DNA of 63,904 nucleotides, counting the filler, from Octopus bimaculoides (lineage: Eukaryota): the NCBI RefSeq assembly GCF_001194135.2. It is 6 parts of 6 records of this genome, joined end to end, with 100 filler letters (N's around TTAATTAATTAA, not from the genome) between each part and the next. Parts side by side here need not be neighbours in the genome. Positions count along the whole stretch, not along the records: positions 23,686 to 39,267 come from NC_068989.1; 5 more parts are not named here. One strand, written 5' to 3'. Under the pieces are notes generated by a model that did not search any database, was not told the origin of the DNA, and was given only the letters and a program-made list of their open reading frames with translations. This document shows positions 24,325 to 35,646 of this stretch, piece by piece. Both the position numbers and the translations under genes were made by a program. Within the stretch, counting starts at the first letter, position 1. Every line of letters begins with the position of its first letter.

Positions 24325-27300
24325 GTGTCCTTTATTTGCCACAAGGCCGAAAGATGAGAGTGGACAATACAGAGACAGACATAAAGTATGGGAGGTTACA
24401 TATAATAATGAAATAACAAAAAAAAAAAATTAATAAAATAAAAATATAAAAAATAAAGTACACACGGTATACATTGGAAAAGAAGGAACATATGCATAGC
24501 ATACAAAGATAAAAAAAATCAGGGAGAATGATAGAGATTTGACCCTCCTGATACAGGAACACCTCCAGAGATAAACGAAGAACTCCACTGCCTGAGATTT
24601 TCCTGAAACCCTAGGAGCAAGTGTCCTCTCCAATTCCTTCGCTCCGACTCACAGGTCTACACTTAAAGAGGTACCATTCACTCTTGCCATTTTCGCAACT
24701 TTCACCCACCTTTCAATAAACTCATTCGAGGACAGCACTTCCCTCTCCACTCTCAATTTCCTCTTCAAGTGAAGCTTGAAAAAGTCAATGAGAGCTCTAC
24801 CAAAGAGGAATGTATCTGTTCTCATGCCTTTCATCGTTGTCCATCAAACAATCTCTTTTGCCACAGCCACCAGGCAAAGGAAAGATGCCTTGCCTGCCCG
24901 ATTGAAAGAGGGCGGCGGTGCAAACATCACTACAGACTACAAACATCGGCCGATAGATGGATCCGTCCCACACGTAACAGCAGCTGTTCAACGTAACCCT
25001 ACAAGTCAGTAATGCCCGGACACTGAACGAGGGCGTGCAGAACGGTTTCATCACTCTGTGTGCACCTGGGACGAGTCCGTCTGACAGCACATCGGCTCCA
25101 ACCTGGTCAAGCAGTAACCGGGACGAAGCACGACAGTCAGGCGATAAATGATAGAAGAGGCGATGTAAGCATTCACCACCTCTACCCGACCTTTCAGGGA
25201 TAGCTTCTTTCAGCTTATTTCTGGGTAAGACTGGCCACTCTCTTCGCCACCTCATCCCAGTTCTTATCAACCTGGAGGTCGGGACGAAACAAGACCACGA
25301 GCGCTTTAACTAATCCGTCAGTCCAGCGTCCGACGACGCCATCCGATGGCATCGTCTCACCTCTCCAAGAGCCCAACCACAAACCAACCAATTTGTCGAC
25401 GTTGATTTTAGCTACTGCAATCAATTCATATTCCTTTAGGATGGTGCCGACCGTCTCCACTTTGGAGGTGTCCGACACCATGACGGTGACATCGCCCGTA
25501 TATGCTGACATTGTCCTTCCTTGTCCCAGTTCGAAAGGGATGCCCCTTAGCTATTCCAGCTTCAGCAACAGTGGTTCGAATGCCAATACGTTTAGAAGAG
25601 GCGACATCGGGCATCCCTCACGGATCGAGCGTGTGATGTCAAACGGCTCCGATAGGTGGCCGTTTACTTTGACCACTGAACAGGTACCGCTGTGCATTGC
25701 AGCGAACCAGCCTCTGAAAATGAGTCCAAAACCGCCTGCTTTCAAGACGGCTTCCAAGTAGCGATGATCGACCCTATTGAATGCTTTTGAGTGATCCAAA
25801 TTGATCAGAACCCCGCCGAAGCCAGCTGTGGTCCCATCTCTTTCTATGATATATCGCATAAGGAGGAGGTTGTTGTGGATAGATCTACTCGGGTTTGCGC
25901 ATGTTTGCGCTTCTGCGACCAGGCTACAAGCGCCAACCTTTTCGCTAACACCTTGGTCAAAATGTTAAACTCTATGTTTAGCAGAGTTACGGGCCGAAAA
26001 TTCTCTAGTACGTCCCCATTGTCGGTATCCTTCCTCAGCAGTGTCATCACACCTCTGCCAACTGCACTAGGAATTCTCCCGTTCTGTTGCCAGTTGCAGT
26101 AGACATCTGTCAAGAGGTCACCAAACAAATCTGGCATGAATACATAGAATTCGTAAGGCAGACCATCCAAACCGGGCGATCTGCGACTTGTGCAAACGCT
26201 CATCGCCTCTCAAATTTCAGCGGCTGTTATCGGCCTTTCACATAACCTCGCGTCAGCTGCCGAGAGCCGCCGCTAGCCGTCCAGGTACGAACTAAAGTCC
26301 AATACCGTCGTCGACCCATTGCCCTCTCCAAACAATCACGCGAAGTGCTGCTGAAAAGCCGCACACATCTGCTCGGAGTCGCGTAACGCGCCCATTCCGA
26401 TCCGTCAAAGACCTGATCGTGGTTTTGTTTCCACGTTGTGTCTCCCATCGGACAGTTTTAGTGCCTTCCTGTTTGAGCGCACGGACCTTAGCTCTAACAA
26501 CGCAACCTTCGTGTTTCGCTTCGTAAAAATGATCAAGGGTCATTATCGCAGCTAATACATCGGTCGCAATGCCATTTTTAATCGCCTCTTCTAATTTGCT
26601 AACGAGTTCGCTTTCTAATCTATTCATTTCTATTGCTAACTCTTTGCTAAACGCTATCGATTCTGCTCTAATCGCCCTCTTCAGGGCGGCCCACCATCGG
26701 TTGTTGACGATTGTCCCCGCCAACTGCCGCTTAACTAGTTCGCTAATCCGGTCCCTGTAGTCTTTGCGAGCCGGAAAGGACGTATTTAACTTCCAGTAAC
26801 CGGGTCCTATCTAACTCGACTGTGCAGATCATAAACTTGTGGTCTGTGTAGCCGACCAGTTTAAATTGTGGACAATCTACACTATCTCTATCCTCTGATC
26901 TAACAAATACTCTATCTAGATACGATCTGGATGACCCATTGTGGTTGCTCCATGTCCATACTGGCACATCAGAGAAATCCAGTCGATACCTATCAGATAA
27001 TTGGAAGTCTCTTAGTAGGTCTTCGAGGATTTTGCATCCCCTTCTTCTGTGTACCAGCCTCACACACGTCTTCTTGAGTCGAAAATACCATTTCAGTCCC
27101 CCACTAGTACTAAATTGAGAGACGTTCCCAGGAAAATTTCTAGACACCTGAAGAATTCTAGCCTTCCAGCTCCTATAGGGGCATAGACGACCACCAGTCT
27201 AAGGGCGCCACCTTTGCAACCATTCACATCTAGGACTACCAACCTGCCACCCGGTCCCTAGAAGATTGCTTTTACTTCGAAATCTAAGGATTTTCGGAAT

Positions 27301-27560
27301 AGCACTGCCACCTCGCCGCCCGCTCCCGACACACCATATGATGAGAATATCTCAGTCGTCAAAAATGGGCGCTAATGCTTGCGCATTAGAAATCCTTGTT
27401 TCGCTAATTGCAGGCACATCTAAATGGAACGACCTGAGGTCGTTTAGCAAGTGACCTTTCTTCCAGGCTGGCCTCAGACCATGAACATTCACACTCCCTA
27501 CTCTGAAAAGACCATGTTTATTGGAAAAAACAGAATGGAAGAAGGTCACTTACCTTGGAT
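24325..27560 (-). mobile_element. Tx1/L1-clade non-LTR retrotransposon ORF2 (APE endonuclease + RT + zinc knuckle) with 3' UTR, decayed and internally deleted
   Basis: RVGSVNVHGL..LLNDL..AISET and SYLDRVF..TDHK (APE); SPGLDGLPYEFY, NFRPVTLLN, LDHSKAFNRVDH, IREGCPMSPLL, SAYTGDV (degenerate YADD) (RT); RPRCTQSDETVLHALVQC (knuckle); AATAAA at 24331-24336. Many stops and frameshifts. Confidence 0.93.
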
Positions 27561-28178
27561 TTTGAGAGGCTCAGCTGATTCAGCTGCCTCGCCTGACGCA
27601 TTATCAATACTGAAGGGCCTCCCTAAAGTCCTCTTGTTCGCCCCAATGCCTTTTGGGTATTTTTTTGAAAGTTCTAAATAGGTGTCTCCGTTTTTATTAG
27701 TTGTCTGTCATAGGGAGTCTTCGACGGAAATAACTACAGCAATTATGTGTGATGTATAAAAATCGCTACATTCGATTACACATAAAATTCGATTGACTTA
27801 GACTCAAGCCCTTTTGTCCCATTCAACCTAAATTGTCAACAAAAATACGTATAACGAAACATGAAACTGCGTGTATGAGCACTGATCGATATGAACAAGC
27901 CAGCTAACTGCAACATTTTTGACATGTAACACACACACATACACACATACATACCACATTTCAAACCCTTGACTGCATTGTATGGTTTATTTACACAAGC
28001 AAAACACGCCCCTTGCAATCACATTGCTCATACTTTATGATAATAGTTTGCAAACAAACGTTTTGTTATGATAATTTTATTTTTTTCTTCACCGTTTTAG
28101 CCACTGACAGACTTCGTTCATTGAACTTAACCAATCATCTTAGTTTTATCAAACCGGGTATAATGACCCAATTATATG

Positions 28179-28257
<79 letters not shown>

Positions 28258-29104
28258 GCATACACGCACGCACACATACACACAATCTTACACACATATT
28301 TATTCATTCATACATGTGTATGCGTGTATGAATGAATGTATATGATAGGTCGTACTTGCAAAGAAATGCACATGCGTGTGTGGATGTTTGTATTGAATGC
28401 ATACACACGCAACATGTATATATGAATCTGTATGCATCAATGCACAATTAAACATATACAAAAACAAAACAAAACAAACTCTACGCACATACATATATTC
28501 ATATACCATACGGAAACAACTATAAATACATACACACGTACATACATACATACATCTATACATAAAAAGCATTTATTGTATACAATAACATACGTTCATA
28601 CATACATACATACATACATATATATGACGNNNNNNNNNNNNNNNNNNNNNNNNNNNNNNNNNNNNNNNNNNNNNNNNNNNNNNNNNNNNNNNNNNNNNNN
28701 NNNNNNNNNNNNNNNNNNNNNNNNNNNNNNNNNNNNNNNNNNNNNNNNNNNNNNNNNNNNNNNNNNNNNNNNNNNNNNNNNNNNNNNNNNNNNNNNNNNN
28801 NNNNNNNNNNNNNNNNNNNNNNNNNNNNNNNNNNNNNNNNNNNNNNNNNNNNNNNNNNNNNNNNNNNNNNNNNNNNNNNNNNNNNNNNNNNNNNNNNNNN
28901 NNNNNNNNNNNNNNNNNNNNNNNNNNNNNNNNNNNNNNNNNNNNNNNNNNNNNNNNNNNNNNNNNNNNNNNNNNNNNNNNNNNNNNNNNNNNNNNNAACA
29001 ACGACGGGACGGGAGGCGACGGGACGACGACGACAAAACTAACATTAACTATTGCAGAACCAACAATAGTTGTAGCAGTGGCAACAACAACAGAAAACGT
29101 GTAC

Positions 29105-29141
<37 letters not shown>

Positions 29142-29320
29142 CTCACTATGAGGGTATAGATTTGACTGGAAGCCAACCGAAGTCAGGCTGAGTTTTATCA
29201 AACATACCTCTTCTTCTTTCCTTTTCTTTTTTCTTTTTTTTTTTTTCAAACTTTATACAATTTTACACATACCTAGTATACGCAGTTTACAACAATTACT
29301 AACTGGGGTGTGTTTGCGCC

Positions 29321-29377
<57 letters not shown>

Positions 29378-29792
29378 ATCACAACTGTTGGAATTTTTTA
29401 AAACTTCTGTTTTTTTAAGCGAACACACCGACGTGGTGACAGGGACACACAACGTGTGACAGACCGACGTCGTGACAGAGACACCACACAAACGGAAGCA
29501 TAGACAAAACAAACAAACAAACAAATAAATAAACAACACGCACGCGCAGACGCACACACACACACACAGACACACACATACACACATACATACACTCACA
29601 CAAACTTTATACACAGTTACAAACTAAAAACCTCAGCAAGATGTCTCGTATAAGGTGTGCTATGTAAGTTCCGAAATTAACTTTTATGACTTTTGTTGAT
29701 GTTGTTGTTGTTGTTATTGTTATTATTTTTGTTGTTGTTATTGTTGTCTTTGTTGTGGTCATTGTTGTTGTCGCTATTGTTGTTGTTGTTAA

Positions 29793-30005
29793 GACAGTGA
29801 GCTGTCAGAATTGTTAGTACTCTGGACAAAACGTTTCGCGGCATTTCTTCCGCTTTTACGTTCTGAGATCAATTTCCGCTCAGGTCGACTTTGATTTTCA
29901 TCCTTTCGGGGGTAGATAAAAATAACGTACTACCTGAGCACCGGGGTCGATATAATCGACTATCCACTTCACTCAAGTTTCCCGATTTGTACCTACAGTA
30001 AAAAA
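29793..30005 (+). mobile_element. SINE-A
   Basis: GAGCTGTCAGAATTGTTAG...GGTCGACTTTG..CATCCTTTCGGGGGTAGATAAA..GGGGTCGATATAATCGAC. Confidence 0.88.
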
Positions 30006-30029
30006 AGAATAGTTATTTTTATTATTGGA

Positions 30030-30155
30030 GGAATTATTCCTTGTTTGAATTTGTTTTCTTTGCTTTTGTTATTTTATTTATTACATGCTTTTATGTAATC
30101 CCACTCTGTATCGTCCTTTACCATCCTGTATCGTTCCCCTAATGTTCCTGGTGAT
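30030..30155 (+). mobile_element. Tx1-type 3' UTR fragment
   Basis: Near-identical to 33563-33690 (GAATTATTCCTTGTTTGAATTTG...CCCACTCTGTATCGTCCTTTACCATCC). Confidence 0.6.
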
Positions 30156-30225
30156 TGCCATGTGCCAAAATTTGAAGTCGTTATAATAATAGTCATTATT
30201 TTTATTGTTATAAATTTTATTGCTA

Positions 30226-30605
30226 GTGGAGGCGCAATGGCCCAGTGGTTAGGGCAGCGAACTTGCGGTCATAGGATCGCGGTTTCGATTCCCAGACCGG
30301 GCGTTGTGAGTGTTTATTGAGCGAAAACACCTAAAGCTCCGCGAGGCTCCGGCAGGGGATGGTGGCGAACCCTGCTGTACTCTTTCACCACAACTTTCTC
30401 TCACTCTTACTTCCTGTTTCTATTGTGCCTGTAATTCAAAGGGTCAGCCTTGTCACACTGTGTCACGCTGAATATCCCCGAGAACTACGTTAAGGGTACA
30501 CGTGTCTGTGGAGTGCTCAGCCACTTGCACGTTAATTTCACGAGCAGGCTGTTCCGATCAGATCAACTGGAACCCTCGATGTCGTAAGCGACAGAGTGCC
30601 AACAG
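30226..30605 (+). mobile_element. Full-length tRNA-headed SINE-C (about 380 bp)
   Basis: A box TGGCCCAGTGG, B box GGTTTCGATTCC, non-tRNA body, (CAA)n-like tail; no cloverleaf 3' acceptor stem. Confidence 0.85.
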
Positions 30606-30634
30606 CAACAACAAATTTTATTGTTGATGTTGTT

Positions 30635-31260
30635 AAGCGAGCTGGCAGAATCGTTGCTGCCGGACAAAATGCTTAGTGGAATCTTTTCCGGCTCTTTACT
30701 CTCTGGGTTCAAATTCTGTCGAGGCTGATTTCGCCTTTCATCCTTTCGGGGTCGATAAATTAAGTGCAATTTGAATACTGGTGTTGATGTAGTCGACGAG
30801 TCCATTGCTCCAAAATTTCAAGACTTGTGTTTATAGTAGAAAGGATTACACGTCATTACGTTCTGCGTTCAAATTCCGCCGAGGTTGATTTTGCTTTCAT
30901 CCTTTCGGGGTCGATAAATTAAGTACCAGTTGCGTACTGGGTCGATCTAATCGACTGGCCTCCTCCACCAAAATTTCGGACCTTGTGCCAAGAGAGAAAA
31001 GATTATTATTATTATTATTATTATTATTATTTATTATTATTATTATAATTTCTGAGCTGGTAGAATCATTAGCACGCCGAGCGAAATGCTTAACTTATTT
31101 TGTCTGTCTTCACGTTCTGAGTTCAAATGCTGCCAGGGTCGACTTTGCTTTTCATTCTTTCGGGGTCGATAAATTAAGTACCTGTTACGCACTGGGGCCG
31201 ATGTAATCGACTCATCTCATCCCCTTCAATTTCAGGTCTTCTTGTGCCTATAGTAGAAAT
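30635..31260 (+). mobile_element. Three head-to-tail SINE-A copies (30635-30845, 30850-31003, 31053-31260)
   Basis: Repeated GAGTTCAAA / CATCCTTTCGGGGTCGATAAATTAAGT / CCTTGTG modules separated by (TTA)n. Confidence 0.9.
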
Positions 31261-31315
31261 TATTATTTTTATTGTTATTATTATCATTATTATTATTACT
31301 ATTGTTATTATTTTA

Positions 31316-31846
31316 TTGAGTAAGAGAGTAGTGCATGCCAACAAAGTGACACTGGGATGAAATATACGAAGCCCAGTATACCCATCATGACTACTCGTCT
31401 GATACGGATACACCAGGCACTTGCTTCACAACCGTACGTGCGCGTCATGGTAATCTCATTTAAAAATAAACAGCGCATGACCTTGCACGTGGGGCCCAGC
31501 TAGAATTTTTTTCAGGTTAAGTAGCCCATTCCGCTCAAAAGGTCCCTGAATAAGAGTTGTTTAATGATGTTGAACGACACACCCATGTTTCCAAAGGTGA
31601 ATTATCCAACCCCCAAAGAATTCCTCTCAGCGCATGGCTATGAGGCTCCGCCACTATTTCTGCTCGTGATCAGAGATGCACATATCGTCAGCCACTGAGG
31701 GACATGCTCAACTGGTTTAGGTCAAACAACTGACAAGCAAATCTGTGGTATTGAGAAGAATATTTACTGTAGCCTATCTTTTATAGCAAGACAAAACAAT
31801 GTACATGATAACACTGCCAATCAATTAAGATCAGAAACCAGGCCAT
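31316..31846 (-). mobile_element. About 540-bp non-coding interspersed repeat (element D), copy 1
   Basis: Collinear with and highly similar to 50007-50546; abuts (TTA)n at its left end. Confidence 0.85.
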
Positions 31847-32043
31847 GCATAAGTTTTTCTGGTACCGTTTACAGTTCTTCATTATAACCTTGTCTATCAC
31901 AAAGTGGTCCTTGGATCCTTTTCGGCATCCCTTTTGTTCTAATGGCAGAAGATTGTTTTCCGCAAGGAACGTATATATTTTCCTTGCGAGGGTACCTTTT
32001 AATACTCTCCATAGGAGGTTAAGACAAGCAATGAGTCGGTAAT

Positions 32044-32342
32044 TGCCAACCTCATTGCCTATTATATTGGTTTGGCTCAGTTTCGGTCTTATTCCTGATA
32101 GGAATTATGTGGATAGCGGGTTACTACATGTAACATTAGGTATCCACAAGTTTTCATCAATCTTTCAAGTGCTTAGAACCCTTCTGATAATCTTTGCTGT
32201 CCCTAAGAGACAGTCTTTCCGCAGGTGCTCTACCGGGCATTCTATTTCTTTCTCATTCGGCCATTTGTCTATATATTTGCTTACTGTTCAAAACGCACCA
32301 ATTATTATAGGCACGACCTTTACTTTTCGCATGCTCCAAAAT
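32044..32342 (-). mobile_element. 3' end of R4/Dong-like family 2
   Basis: WSMRKVKVVPIIIGAF*TVSKYIDKW..IECPVEHLRKDCLLGTAKIIRRVL; same family as 58878-61186. Confidence 0.85.
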
Positions 32343-32478
<136 letters not shown>

Positions 32479-32607
32479 TCACCGAGGTCAGCTTTGCCTT
32501 TCATCCTTTCAAGGCCAATAAATTAAGTATCGGTGAAACATTGGGGTCAATGTAATTGACTAGTCCCTTCCCCCCAAATTTCAGGTGTAGTGCCTATAGT
32601 AGAAAAG

Positions 32608-32684
<77 letters not shown>

Positions 32685-33148
32685 GGCCGCGAGCTGGCTG
32701 AATCGTTAGCACGCCGGGGGAAATGCTTAACGGTATTTCGTCTGTCGCTACGTTCTGAGTTCAAATTTCGCCAAGGTCGACTTTGCCTTTCATCATTTCG
32801 AGGTCGATAAATTAAGTACCATTGAAACACTGGGGTCGATGTAATCGACTAGTCCCCTCCTCCAAAATTTTAGGCCTTGTGCTTTAGTAGAAAGGATTAT
32901 TATTATTATCATTATTATTATTATTGTTATTATTATTATTATTAGGGGCGAGTTGGCAGATTTGTTTCCGCATCGGATAAAATGCTTAGTGACATTTCTT
33001 CCGGCTCTTTACGATGCGAGCTCAAATTCCGATTTGGCTGACTCTGCCTTTCATCCTTTCGGTGTCGATAAAATAATTACCAGTCAAGTCCTAGGCTCGA
33101 TGTTACCGACTATGTCGACTCCTACCAAATTTCAGACCTTGTGCCTCT
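32479..33148 (+). mobile_element. Three head-to-tail SINE-A copies (32479-32607, 32683-32896, 32944-33148) separated by (TTA)n
   Basis: The middle copy is full length: AAGGCCGCGAGCTGGCTGAATCGTTAGCACGCCG...GGCCTTGTGCTTTAGTAGAAAGG followed by (ATT)n. Confidence 0.92.
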
Positions 33149-33389
33149 AGTAATTATTACTATTGCTGTTGTTGTTGCTGTTGTTGTTGTTGTTGCTGTT
33201 GTTGTTGTTGTTGCTGNNNNNNNNNNTGTTGTTGTTGTTGTTGTTGTTGCTGCTGCTGCTGCTGTTGTTGTTGTTGCTGCCGTTGTTGTTATCTTTTACG
33301 GTATTTGTGTTGAGCCCAGTTTATTTATGCTCCCGATCGCACTACACATCATGGTTTCAGATGAAGAACATTTTGTAATTCCTGTATAA

Positions 33390-33712
33390 AAATTCGTTTT
33401 CTTTTTTTCCTCCCTGCTCCCCATACATGTTTTTACTTTGTATTAAGGCGCCTGCAGACTGGAGGAGGCCAACTGGAAGAGGGCGCTTGCTCTAGAGATC
33501 AGAGTGACTGTGGTTTTGTGGGGTTTTCACGAGTAGCCTCCAGATTCCCCCCACCTCTTTGGGGGAATTATTCCTTGTTTGAATTTGTTCTCTTTGCTTT
33601 TGTTATTTTACATATTACATGCTTTTATGTAATCCCACTCTGTATCGTCCTTTACCATCCCGTATCGTTCTCCTAATGTTTCTGGTCAGCCATTAGTGGC
33701 TAACAAATAATA
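33390..33712 (+). mobile_element. Tx1-type LINE 3' UTR fragment
   Basis: AACTGGAAGAGGGCGCTTGCTCTAG resembles AATTGGAGAGGACACTTGCTCCTAG just after the ORF2 end of the 24325-27560 element; ends CAGCCATTAGTGGCTAACAAATAA. Confidence 0.55.
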
Positions 33713-33859
33713 TAGAAAACATTATCATCACTACAACGGCCACGACAAAGACGACTATCACGACCATCATCACCAACACCACCACTATCATCATCATCAT
33801 CATCGTCGTCGTCGTCGTTGTCGTCATATATAAATGTACTGTCCACAGCATATCACACA

Positions 33860-34980
33860 ATTCTACTAGCCATTACATCGGATCTACTATTAATTTTAAA
33901 CAAAGGTATTCTGCACATCTAAACTCATTTAGATTATAAGGAGCATAGCAAATCCACGTCCATAGCCAACCATATACACCATCTGATAAATAAGAAAATG
34001 CCATATAGGATATCCTGGGTAATAATAGATTCTGGAGTCACATACCGAGGCCAACGTTCCACATGTGGACTCAGTCTCAAGGAAGCCCTCCAAATATTAA
34101 TTCATAATTCACCACAATTACTCAATAAAAAACACGAAGCGTTCTCTACATGTAAACATAAATTCTATCGCACCTTTAGATTCTTCCATAGGTCCAAATG
34201 CAAGCAAAATCAACACACATAATACTAACCTATATGCATCCTCGGCCGTTACAATATACGTACGCTTTTTTCCTTCTCTATTAACATAAGTATCGTAGAA
34301 GCTAGCTATTTGCAATAATCTGTTTTTAACTTTTTTAATCTTTAATTTGATTTTTAATCTATAACCTTTTTAATTTTTAATTTTTGATTTTTAAACCTTT
34401 AAGTTTTATCCTTTATCCATTTAATTGTATTTTTATCCTATATATACTCCCTTAAGCTAGGCATCTACTTATAGCTATCCCTACTGATTCTCTTTCTGAC
34501 CACACCGAACCTAGAATTCATCTGTTTAATTAACAGGCATAAATACCTTCTTCCTCCACTTTACCAAAACCTTAATACCTGACCTCTCATCCCGAACCGA
34601 CTCTTACGAAGAATAATACTCGCATCCAATCTTTATCTTTATTTTTCATTTTTTAATTTTATTTTACTTTCGCTCTCATTCATTCTTCCCCACACCTATC
34701 GCATTCTTTTCTTTTCTCGCTTTCTCCTCTCTCTTCTATTCACTCACTCACAACCAATATCTGTCTATCATGATATCTGTCTTTCTCACTCTATATATCC
34801 ACGTGGACGTTTTTTCATACTAGCTAACCACTTAATTCTATTCCTTCAACATGAACGCAACATTCAAAATACTGCCAAAATATTGCCTGGATTTGCCTGG
34901 GATTATACCTAAGGGTCTACATCTTTACAGAATTACGGACCAACCTCCGTACACACTGGAAGAAGATGAGCTGTGAACTT
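33860..34980 (+). mobile_element. Penelope-like element fragment: GIY-YIG endonuclease C-terminus, spacer or pLTR, then restart of the ORF N-terminus
   Basis: 33871: HYIGSTINFKQRYSAHLNSFR, frameshift near 33937, then EHSKSTSIANHIHHLINKKMPYRISW..YRGQRSTCGLSLKEALQI..LLNKKHEAFSTCKHK. At 34851-34976: ..YCLDLPGIIPKGLHL, similar to the C-x-x-x-G/x-IIPKGL motif of PLE N-termini. Confidence 0.8.
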
Positions 34981-35282
34981 TTCTTGTCTATATTCTTCTA
35001 TCTATTGTTTTACTCTTTATTCTTCTATCTACTATTTTGTTCCTTATAAACTGTGAATTCCCTGTCCGAACAGAGTCAATTTTAACATTCGTCCCTTCGA
35101 GGTCGATAAAATAAAGTACGATTCAAATACCGGAGTCGATTGCTCACCTTGTGTCTAAATTAGAAATTATCATTATCATTATCATCGTCATCGTTGTCAT
35201 GATCATAACCTTCCTTCCTCCTCTTACTCCTGTTCCTCCTTCCTCCTCTTACTCCTGTTCCTCCTTCCTCACTCTTTTCCTC

Positions 35283-35329
<47 letters not shown>

Positions 35330-35348
35330 TATCATCATCATCATCACT

Positions 35349-35640
35349 AAGGCAGCAAGCATGCAGAGTTGTTAAAGTGCCGGACAAAATGCTTATTGGT
35401 ATTTGTTCCAAGTCTTTACATTCTGAGTCCATTTATCGCCTTTGTCTTTCATCCTTTTTTTTTGGTGGGGGGGGGGGGTAATAAAATAAGTACCAGTTGA
35501 GTACTGGGGTCGATGTGATCGACTATCACCCGCCCTACTGGGGTCGATGTGATCGACTGTCACCCTCCCTACTGGGGTCGGTTTAGTCGACCTGTGTTTC
35601 TCCTTAAAATTGCTGGTCCTGTACCCCAAATTATAAAGAA
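35349..35640 (+). mobile_element. SINE-A with internal 34-bp triplication
   Basis: SINE-A head and tail around three TACTGGGGTCG-led units at 35502, 35536 and 35570. Confidence 0.85.
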
Positions 35641-35646
35641 TTATTA

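Noticed and set aside
27549-27557. Perfect minus-strand splice donor CAAG|GTAAGT just upstream of the Tx1 APE domain
   Set aside because: A single motif inside a transposon with no partner acceptor identified; expected by chance at this scale.
30226-30300. tRNA-like sequence
   Set aside because: A and B boxes are present, but there is no closing acceptor stem and it continues into a repeat body, so it is a SINE head rather than a tRNA gene.
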